Origin: Gemmata obscuriglobus
GTDB lineage: Bacteria > Planctomycetota > Planctomycetia > Gemmatales > Gemmataceae
NCBI RefSeq assembly: GCF_008065095.1
Contig: NZ_CP042911.1
Coordinates: 7,260,001-7,292,000 of the forward strand
Direction of reading: 5' to 3'
Length of the DNA: 32,000 nucleotides
The first letter of the stretch is position 1. The number at the start of each line of letters is the position of its first letter. Made by a program: the position numbers and the translations under genes. Of the stretch, positions 9,135 through 15,788 are shown piece by piece. The notes beneath the pieces are model-generated. The model was not told where the DNA came from. It did not search any database and saw only the letters and a program-made list of their open reading frames with translations.

Positions 9135-10849
9135 GTACGGACGCGATCCCCCCGGCCCCCGAGCCGGTCGACGCGCCGCGGTTCTCTCCCTGGCGCTACA
9201 CCGGCCGGCTGGCCCCGCTCGCGGTCCTGTGGGCGGTCCTGGTCGGGCTCCTGGCGTGGCTGCTGGTGACCCGCGCCAACTGGAACGAGGACTCCGACCG
9301 CGCCGACGTGCGCGAGTGGGTCGACAACACCCGCGTGTTCCGCAAGACGCTCGCGGAACTCGTCAAGGAGTACGTCGACCTGCTCCACGCCCCGGACGTG
9401 CCCAACCGGGCCGACCGCGCCCACGACAAGCGGGCCGAGATCCGGCAGCACCTCGAAGCGATGGTCGAGCCGACCCGCATGTACACCGCTCAGCTCCCGC
9501 TGTTCCCCAACGTGTACGCGCTGGAGGTCGAGTTCGCGGGGGTCCGCGACGCCGACGGGGCGCCGGCGGAGACGCTCGGGTGGACCTCCCCGAAGCCGCG
9601 GCCCGGCGGGTCCGCGAAGGCGCAACTGCGCACCCTCGAGGTGGAGCCGCCGCTGGACCGCCCCGGCGCCCGCGCGACGGTGCGGTGCGTGTACCAGTTG
9701 CACTCGTTCAACCGGATGCAGCAGCAGCAGGACGAGTTCCGGCACTGGCAGACGATCGCGGCCGGGGTGATCGTGCCGACCACCCTGCTGGCGGTGTTCC
9801 TGGTGGTGCGCGCGGTCCGGCGCGAGCAGGCCCGGGAGCTCGAAAAGTGGCGCGCGGCCGCCGAGGCCGAGCACCGGGAGCGCGAGCTGCTCGCGGCGCA
9901 GGTGGAGCGCGAGCTGATCGAGCGCAACCTGCTGGAGGTCCGCGTCCGCCAGCAGGAGCTCGAGCGGGCGAGCGAGGAGCTGGGCCGCAAGCTGCTCGAA
10001 CAGGAGCTGAACGCCGCGCAGCACAAGACCCGCGCCGCCGAGGCCGAGCGCGAGGCGCTGGAGATGAAGTCGCAGCTCTACGCCAGCATCGGCATCATGG
10101 CGGGCAGCTACGCGCACAACATCAAGAACCTGCTGGTGCGGCCGAACGACCTGATCGCGCGGTGCATGGAAGCGGCCGACGGGCCGCAGCACGAGATGCT
10201 CGACGAGGTGAAATCCACCCTGGGCACGGTGACGGAGCGGTTGCAGCAGATCCTGCGCACGGTGCGGCGCGACCCGGCCAACGCGGAGGTGACCCGGGTG
10301 GACGCGCTCGCCCTGTTCCGCGACACGCAGCGCACCTGGGCCGAGACGGGCCGCGACAAGTGGAAGCTCGCGGTGACGGCCGACGTGGCGCCCGGCTCCG
10401 CGCTCGTGACCGGCGACCTCTCGCACCTCCAGCAGGCGGTGGAGAACCTGGTGTTCAACGCCCGCGACGCCACGTTCGAGATGCGGAACTACCTCCGCGA
10501 CGAGGCCAAGCGCGAGACGGACCCGGCGGCCCGGCGGCAGAAACTCATGGCGGCCGCCGGCTGGAAGGGCGAGGTCCACCTGACCGCGCGCCGGGACGGG
10601 GACCACGTGGTTCTCGAAGTGCGCGACAACGGCATCGGGATGACGGACGAGGTGCGCCGCAACTGCCTGAAGACGCACTTCAGCACCAAGCGCGACAACG
10701 CGCTGTACGAGGGGTACAGCGCCGGCATGGGGCTCGGGCTGTCGTTCGTGGCCATGGTCCTGGAGCACCACGGCGGGGAGCTGGAGATCGAATCGGCCCC
10801 GCTCCGGGGCACCACCTTCCGCGTGCGGTTCCCGCTGGTCGCGGAGTGA
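9131..10849 (+). CDS. sensor histidine kinase (two TM helices, about 170-aa periplasmic loop, long coiled coil, DHp plus HATPase_c)
   Basis: The start at 9131 overlaps the upstream stop by 4 nt (ATGA). The TM segments are LAPLAVLWAVLVGLLAWLLV and IAAGVIVPTTLLAVFLVV. An E/R/L/A-rich coiled coil of about 90 aa follows. The H-box is SYAHNIKNLL, the N-box ENLVFNARDA, G1 VRDNGIGM and G2 GMGLGLSF. No receiver domain or response regulator lies adjacent. Confidence 0.85.
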   Translation: MSTDAIPPAPEPVDAPRFSPWRYTGRLAPLAVLWAVLVGLLAWLLVTRANWNEDSDRADVREWVDNTRVFRKTLAELVKEYVDLLHAPDVPNRADRAHDKRAEIRQHLEAMVEPTRMYTAQLPLFPNVYALEVEFAGVRDADGAPAETLGWTSPKPRPGGSAKAQLRTLEVEPPLDRPGARATVRCVYQLHSFNRMQQQQDEFRHWQTIAAGVIVPTTLLAVFLVVRAVRREQARELEKWRAAAEAEHRERELLAAQVERELIERNLLEVRVRQQELERASEELGRKLLEQELNAAQHKTRAAEAEREALEMKSQLYASIGIMAGSYAHNIKNLLVRPNDLIARCMEAADGPQHEMLDEVKSTLGTVTERLQQILRTVRRDPANAEVTRVDALALFRDTQRTWAETGRDKWKLAVTADVAPGSALVTGDLSHLQQAVENLVFNARDATFEMRNYLRDEAKRETDPAARRQKLMAAAGWKGEVHLTARRDGDHVVLEVRDNGIGMTDEVRRNCLKTHFSTKRDNALYEGYSAGMGLGLSFVAMVLEHHGGELEIESAPLRGTTFRVRFPLVAE

Positions 10850-10855
10850 GGAGTA

Positions 10856-11103
10856 GGAGTGTTCACCGCAGAGGGCACGAGAGGGCACCGAGAGAAGGAG
10901 TGTTCACCGCAGAGGGCACGAGAGGGCACCGAGAGAAGAAGTGTTCACCGCAGAGGGCACGAGAGGGCGCAGAGAAAACCAAAATCCGGGAGAGCCGGGC
11001 TCAAAATCTCACTTCTCTGGTCTTCTCTCTGCGCCCTCTCGTGCCCTCTGCGGTGAACACTTCTTCTCTCGGCGCCCTCTCGTGCCCTCTGCGGTGAACA
11101 CTC
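10856..11103. repeat. Repeat family A array: three direct 41-bp copies, a spacer and two inverted copies (REP/BIME-like composite palindrome)
   Basis: The direct copies start at 10859, 10900 and 10941 (GTGTTCACCGCAGAGGGCACGAGAGGGCACCGAGAGAAG, period exactly 41). The inverted copies are at about 11023..11060 and 11061..11101. R2 is the reverse complement of F2 with 1 mismatch, and R1 matches F3, the GCGCAGAGA variant. This fills essentially the whole 262-bp gap between the convergent kinase and ung genes. Confidence 0.9.
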
Positions 11104-11111
11104 CTACACTC

Positions 11112-11927
11112 TTACTCCTCTGCCTTTTCCGGCAGTCGCCAGTCGATCGGTTCCTCACCCGCGGCCTCGAGCACCTCATTGACCTTCGAAAACGGCTTGG
11201 TCCCGAAGAACAGGTGCTCCGAGAACGGCGAGGGGTGCGCCGACTTCACCACCACGTGCTTCTTCTGGTCGATGAGCGGGATCTTCTTCTGCGCGTACGA
11301 GCCCCACAGCACGAACACCACCCGGCGGGGCTGGGCGCTCACGGCCGAAATCGCGGCGTCGGTGAACTTCTCCCACCCCTTGTCCTTGTGCGAGTTGGCC
11401 TGTCCCTTCCGCACGGTCATGCAGGCGTTGAGCATCAGAACGCCGCGCCGCGCCCACTCGGCCAGGTAGCCGTGCTTGACCGGCGGGATGCCGAGGTCGC
11501 TTTCGAGTTCCTTGTAGATGTTGCGGAGCGACGGCGGTGTCGCGATCCCGGGCCGGACCGAGAAGCACAGTCCGTGCGCCTGCCCCGGGCCGTGGTACGG
11601 ATCCTGTCCGAGGATCAGAACCTTCACCTTGTCGAGCGGGGTGAACCGGAACGCGTTGAACACGTCCGGTGCCGGGGGAAACACGGTCTGCGTTTTGCGC
11701 TCTTCGACGATGAACCGAACGAGATCGGCCCAGTACGGCTTCCGCGTTTCGGGATCGAGGGCCTTGTGCCAGGACGGGTCGAGGTCGGCGGGGAGTCCCG
11801 GCACGCCGGGCGGGAGCGGGGGCAACTCTTCGGCCACAGGTTGGGGGGCCAGTTCTGGTGCGGGCGGCTTCGGCTGGTCTTCATCGAACAGGGACGAAGT
11901 CTCAACGGGTTTCTTCTTTTTGCCCAT
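11112..11927 (-). CDS. ung: uracil-DNA glycosylase, family 1, with a Pro-rich N-terminal extension
   Basis: The family-1 motifs are present: GQDPYHGPGQAHGLCFSV (water-activating loop) and SAHPSPFSEH (intercalation loop). The ORF extends to 11981. The preferred start is MGKKKK at 11927, and the true start is uncertain. About 55 residues precede the conserved core. Confidence 0.9.
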   Translation of the reverse strand: MGKKKKPVETSSLFDEDQPKPPAPELAPQPVAEELPPLPPGVPGLPADLDPSWHKALDPETRKPYWADLVRFIVEERKTQTVFPPAPDVFNAFRFTPLDKVKVLILGQDPYHGPGQAHGLCFSVRPGIATPPSLRNIYKELESDLGIPPVKHGYLAEWARRGVLMLNACMTVRKGQANSHKDKGWEKFTDAAISAVSAQPRRVVFVLWGSYAQKKIPLIDQKKHVVVKSAHPSPFSEHLFFGTKPFSKVNEVLEAAGEEPIDWRLPEKAEE

Positions 11928-12007
11928 GCTCCGGCCTCGTGGGGTGGGGATTACTTTACCTCCCATCGAGCGCCGGTGCATCCCGCGTTGAGCCGATCAC
12001 ACGAAGT

Positions 12008-12478
12008 TCAATGCCGGACCAGGACCGCGTTCCGCTGGATCTCGACGGCGGTCGGTCCGAGTACGAGCACGAACCCGGCGGGGACACAGAACCCCACGCA
12101 CCACAGCGCCACGATCGCACCGCGTGCGACGAGTCCCAGCGGCCCGGGGACGAACCGGTTCGAGACGGCGAACCCGCCGACACAGACGAGTACGCCGAAC
12201 AGCAGTAGCGCGAACTCCGCGGCCAGCAACTTCTGGCCGAGCGGGTCTACCCACAAGAGGGCGGTGCGGGCCGGGTAGAACGCATCTAAAACCAGAAACA
12301 GGAGCAGGAGCGGCCCGAGCGGGAGCGCGACCAGGAGCCACTGAAGTGTGGTCAGCGTCGCTGTCGGGGGCTGCTCCGGTGGGGTCGGGGCAACCGGGGG
12401 CGCGGTATCCGTTTGCGCCTCGGCGGGCGGGGCGGGCGGGGCGGCCGGTTGCGGTTCGGCGGGCGGAGCAGTTGCCAT
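12008..12478 (-). CDS. hypothetical membrane protein with a Pro/Ala-rich N-terminus and about 4 TM segments
   Basis: The ORF spans 12008..12514. The preferred start is MATAPPAEPQ at 12478. Its hydrophobic segments include LQWLLVALPLGPLLLLFLVL, AAEFALLLFGVLVCVGGFAV and AIVALWCVGFCVPAGFVLVL. I recognise no family. It is tightly packed between the nudix and ung genes on the same strand. Confidence 0.5.
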   Translation of the reverse strand: MATAPPAEPQPAAPPAPPAEAQTDTAPPVAPTPPEQPPTATLTTLQWLLVALPLGPLLLLFLVLDAFYPARTALLWVDPLGQKLLAAEFALLLFGVLVCVGGFAVSNRFVPGPLGLVARGAIVALWCVGFCVPAGFVLVLGPTAVEIQRNAVLVRH

Positions 12479-12540
12479 GAGAGCGGTGCCGTATCGGGTG
12501 CGTGTTCGGTTCACTCAACCGTAGCACAGCCGAACCGCTC

Positions 12541-13029
12541 TCAGCGGGTGAAGAACTCGGCCACCACCTGAGTGTGGAGCGGGAACGCCAGGTCCGTGGC
12601 CTCACGGATTACGACCAGTTCGGAAGTTTCGGGCGTCGGCGTGAAGCCCTTCAGCGCGCCTGCCGGTCGGGGGCGGGCGCGGCCGAACACGAGCAGCACC
12701 CCGTCGACACGATCGGAGCTGAGCGTGCGGACGTGCTCGATCTCGGTCGGATCGACCCGCAAGCCGGTTTCCTCGAACAACTCGCGGGCGGCGGCTTGCT
12801 GCCACGTCTCCGCAAAGTCGATGTACCCGCCGGGCAGCGCGAGCCGGCCCACCCCCGGCGGGATCGTCCGGCGGACGCACAAGAGGCCGTCGTCGATCGG
12901 CAGCAGGCACACCGCGACCGGGACCGGGTTCCGGTAAGAGGTGCGGGCGCAGCCGGCGCAGGTCCGCGGCCAGGGTTGGTTGGGGGCGAACGCGGCCCCG
13001 CAAAAGCCGCAGTGCGTGTTGGGTTTCAT
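12541..13029 (-). CDS. NUDIX hydrolase with an N-terminal Cys4 zinc-ribbon
   Basis: The sequence GYIDFAETWQQAAARELFEETGL is a perfect Nudix box (Gx5Ex7REUxEExGU). The N-terminus carries CGFCG...CAGC. The ORF extends to 13185, but the upstream 52 codons look non-genic and run into repeat B1 (the overlong ORF start at 13185 is only 2 nt inside it). The preferred start is MKPNTHCGFCG at 13029. Confidence 0.85.
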   Translation of the reverse strand: MKPNTHCGFCGAAFAPNQPWPRTCAGCARTSYRNPVPVAVCLLPIDDGLLCVRRTIPPGVGRLALPGGYIDFAETWQQAAARELFEETGLRVDPTEIEHVRTLSSDRVDGVLLVFGRARPRPAGALKGFTPTPETSELVVIREATDLAFPLHTQVVAEFFTR

Positions 13030-13183
13030 GAGCGGCACCGGAGTCGGGTCGGCGGGCCGCGCCGCGGGCGCGTACCATCGGTCTATTGAACCGCAACGTT
13101 TCACGCCCGCGGATCGCGCCGGCGGTCCCGGACGGCCGGCATAACCGGTAGCGACGAGGCTCGCGGCATGAGTAGGCCCACTC

Positions 13184-13277
13184 ATACACGCACCCGGTAC
13201 TACGGCCGCATTCTTGACGAGCCGCGACCGCCAGGGAGCGTTACGTCTCCCGCTCCCTGGCGGTCGCGGCTCGTCAA
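13184..13277. repeat. Repeat family B, copy 1: conserved 30-nt leader plus a perfect 27-bp-stem hairpin
   Basis: The leader is ATACACGCACCCGGTACTACGGCCGCATTC. The left arm is TTGACGAGCCGCGACCGCCAGGGAGCG at 13214..13240. The loop is 13241..13250. The right arm at 13251..13277 is the exact reverse complement of the left arm. Confidence 0.9.
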
Positions 13278-14010
13278 CAACACAAGATCACAGGCGCACC
13301 CGCAGCACGAATCCGACCGAGTGGCGGCGCGAGCGCGGTGCCATCAGTTTAGTGTGCGGCTCGCTTCGACCGTCCGCCGCGTCTCCTCGTCCGCGGCTCC
13401 GCTGCCGCGTCACGTTTGGACGTGACCTTTGCAACGCTGACGGTTCTGCCATAACGGCGGGCGCGGATGCACGTGCCAGTGAACACGCACCGCAAGAAGC
13501 GGAAACGGTACGCAGGGCCAGAAATCAGCCGGGCGACTCGGCCGTTTCTTGCTCGCGGTGCGAAGGCGGGGTCTGTACCGGCGGGGCATCAGTAGGTCGG
13601 CGACGAGACGCCCGCTGGTACCGGAACTGGTCACGGACTGGCGATTCGCTGGTCCGCCGCTACCCACGAATCCCGCACTGGAAGCCGCGAACGAAGTCAT
13701 CAGAGTAGAGGGCACCGGCCACCGTTCCAAGCCGATATAAGTCCGCAAACCATTGCCAACATGAAACTTAAGCCGCGATCAACCGACTCACACGAATTCG
13801 CTCGGCGGAGCAATGCGCGGGTTCCGCCCCCTTCCCAACAAGCGTTTCGGACTTTTGGAAGTACGGCGCGGGAAAAATGCGGTGCAACAACTCATGCGCC
13901 GGCCACCCGGCCGACGGTTTTGGCGAACAGCAGGGCCGGCGGCTGTTACGGCCGTCGGCCGCGCGACGGGTGGGCGCCCCGTGCGCGGTCCGGCGGTGAC
14001 TTCGGCTCTG

Positions 14011-14107
14011 ATACACGTACCCGGTACTACGGCCACATTCTTGACGAGCCGCGACCGCCAGGGAGCGGTGCCACGTACCCCGCTCCCTGGCGGTCGCGGC
14101 TCGTCAA
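14011..14107. repeat. Repeat family B, copy 2, in the same orientation as copy 1
   Basis: The leader ATACACGTACCCGGTACTACGGCCACATTC differs from copy 1 at 2 positions. The arms at 14041..14067 and 14081..14107 are identical to copy 1, but the loop differs (GTGCCACGTACCC). The element ends 50 nt downstream of the stop of the minus-strand gene 14157..15557. Confidence 0.9.
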
Positions 14108-14156
14108 GAAAAGCAACATCGCAGATGGGTTCATGTATGAGACCGGCCCAAGGGGC

Positions 14157-15557
14157 TCAGCAGCGGATCGGTTTGATACCGAAGGTCGGCTGGCAGGCGG
14201 AGAAAATGGGGGTGACTTTCACCGGGGTCGGGCACACCACCGGCGGGGTGGTCGGCTTGGTCGGCGGGGTCGGGCACGTCACCGGCTTGGACGGCGCGGG
14301 GCACGCGACCGGTACCGGGGCCGGCTTCACCGGCGTCGGGCAGGGGAGCGTGAACTTGTCGTCACACAGGAACTTGTCGCGGTTCTTCACCGGGGTCGGG
14401 CAGGTCGGCGTGACGGGCTTCGTGGGGGTCGGGCACACGTCCCACTTCACCTCCCACTTGATCGTCCCGACACCGCAAATCACGAACTTCTTGTCGTCGC
14501 AGTCCTTGTCGTCCTTGGGTCCTTTGCCGTGATCGCACCATTTGTCTTTGTCATGGCCGGAATCGCAATCGTTGCCGCCGTGGTCGTCGCACGAGGGCAC
14601 CTTGATTTCGCCGAAGTTGTACCCGGTGAGGGCCGTGCCGGTGACCGCGATGCCGCCGATCACGTCGCCGGTCACGGACCCGTTGGCGGGCGTACCGGGG
14701 GTGTTCTGGCCCTGGCCGTAGCCGGCGGGTTGCGCCTCGGTGACCGTGTACGTGCCCGCGATCAGGTCGCCGAACCCGTACCGGCCGCTCGCGTCGGTCA
14801 CCGCGGTCCGGGTGCCCGCCGGGCCGCTCAAGGTGACCTTCACGCCGGAGATCCCGCCTTCGCCCGAGTCCAACCGGCCGTTCTTGTTGGCGTCGCAGTA
14901 CACCGTGCCGGACAGCGAACCGGTCGCGGGCGGCGCGGCGAGTTTCTCCCCGAAGTTGTTGTCGGTGCCGTCGACGCCGGAGTTCAAAACGATGTTGTTG
15001 AACGCGTCGTTCGTGGTGATGCCGGTGCCCGGCGTGCCCTGGGTGTCCGCGCCATCGGCGTACCCGCTCGGCTGGGTCTCGCGGACGGTGTACGTGCCGG
15101 GGTTGAGGTCCGCGAACGTGTACTTGCCGTCGGAACCGGTCTTTGTGGTCGCGTTGACCGCGAGGCCGGTTTCGGCTTCCGTGCCGCTCAGGGTGACGGT
15201 CACGTCCGCGATCGGCTGTTCGCCCGCGTCGAAGCGGCCGTCGCAGTCGGCATCGACGTACACGAAACCGCTGAGCGAGGAGGGGACCAGGAGGGCCGGA
15301 ACGTCGCGCTGCTGGAGCTGTTCGAGCTTCGGGGCGAACCGGTTCGGGCGGGCGGGGCGAGTCACAAACTTCACGGGCCGAGTCTCCGTCAACGGAACGA
15401 GTGCGCCGGCGGACACGTGTCCGCCGGTGACGCTCCGACGCGTGAGCGGCGGGCGCGTCTGTTCAGGGGGGTGAGCGTCGGGAAAAGCGATTTGCGTTCC
15501 GAAGCCGAGCGGAGCCGGGAAAAGGCGGAAATTAGAACCAAAATTGCGGGATATCAA
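14157..15557 (-). CDS. secreted protein with two SdrD-B/Cna-B-like beta-sandwich domains and a Cys/Pro/Asp/Lys-rich C-terminal region
   Basis: There are two repeats of the type G(F/T)VY.DA..(D/N)G..D.GE..I..V.VTLSG......T.T...G.Y.F.DL..GTYTV.E.QP.GY. The leader ...RPNRFAPKLEQLQQRDVPA resembles the LE.LE.R leaders common on planctomycetal secreted proteins (from memory). The C-terminal 150 aa has more than 20 Cys residues with reiterated CPTP(V/T)KP units. The exact start is uncertain. Confidence 0.7.
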   Translation of the reverse strand: MISRNFGSNFRLFPAPLGFGTQIAFPDAHPPEQTRPPLTRRSVTGGHVSAGALVPLTETRPVKFVTRPARPNRFAPKLEQLQQRDVPALLVPSSLSGFVYVDADCDGRFDAGEQPIADVTVTLSGTEAETGLAVNATTKTGSDGKYTFADLNPGTYTVRETQPSGYADGADTQGTPGTGITTNDAFNNIVLNSGVDGTDNNFGEKLAAPPATGSLSGTVYCDANKNGRLDSGEGGISGVKVTLSGPAGTRTAVTDASGRYGFGDLIAGTYTVTEAQPAGYGQGQNTPGTPANGSVTGDVIGGIAVTGTALTGYNFGEIKVPSCDDHGGNDCDSGHDKDKWCDHGKGPKDDKDCDDKKFVICGVGTIKWEVKWDVCPTPTKPVTPTCPTPVKNRDKFLCDDKFTLPCPTPVKPAPVPVACPAPSKPVTCPTPPTKPTTPPVVCPTPVKVTPIFSACQPTFGIKPIRC

Positions 15558-15635
15558 ATGAAACGCCGCTTATTTCCATTCCACGCGCGTCAACTTTTCG
15601 GGCGCGACGTGTTAGCGCCGTTACCCAGCGGAAGC

Positions 15636-15659
15636 GCGCGAGGCGGCGCCGCCTCGCGC
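15636..15659. repeat. perfect 24-bp GC-rich palindrome GCGCGAGGCGGC|GCCGCCTCGCGC
   Basis: Read directly from the sequence. It lies in the 231-bp gap between the stop of the permease gene (15789) and the start of the SdrD-like gene (15557), both on the minus strand. It could form a 10-12 bp stem, and no U-tract follows on either strand. Confidence 0.8.
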
Positions 15660-15788
15660 CTAGCACGAAGCCCGCGGGCGCCGGCGCGACAAACACGAAA
15701 GGAAGGAGCGGAGACTTGTTTGGCGGGTCCGCGGTGGGAGCGTCGGCACGGTTGCTTTCGCCCTCATCGCGGGCCGACACGTCCGCGG

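Noticed and set aside
10856-10980. Possible CRISPR array (three regularly spaced direct repeats)
   Set aside because: The copies are directly abutting with no unique spacers, and inverted copies of the same unit follow. No cas genes are present in the window.
7377-11097. Long ORFs 7377..8972 (-), 8753..10888 (-), 9229..11097 (+), and the N-terminal part of 7508..10849 (+)
   Set aside because: These are shadow frames of the PBP-like and kinase genes with Arg/Pro/Gly-rich junk composition. The 7508 ORF is in the kinase frame only from the Met at 9131 onward.
10859-11097. Short ORFs reading FTAEGTRGHREK... across the repeats (10859..11056 +, 10941..12278 +, 10489..10929 -, 27259..27480 -)
   Set aside because: The repeat period is 41 bp, not a multiple of 3, so successive copies fall in different frames. 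Both orientations occur, and the sequence behaves as a non-coding palindromic element.
13410-13748. 112-aa minus-strand ORF, and the 13214..13708 / 13549..13740 plus-strand ORFs, between the two family-B repeats
   Set aside because: They have no motifs, biased Arg/Ser/Pro composition and no RBS. I cannot exclude a pseudogene remnant, but nothing supports a coding call.
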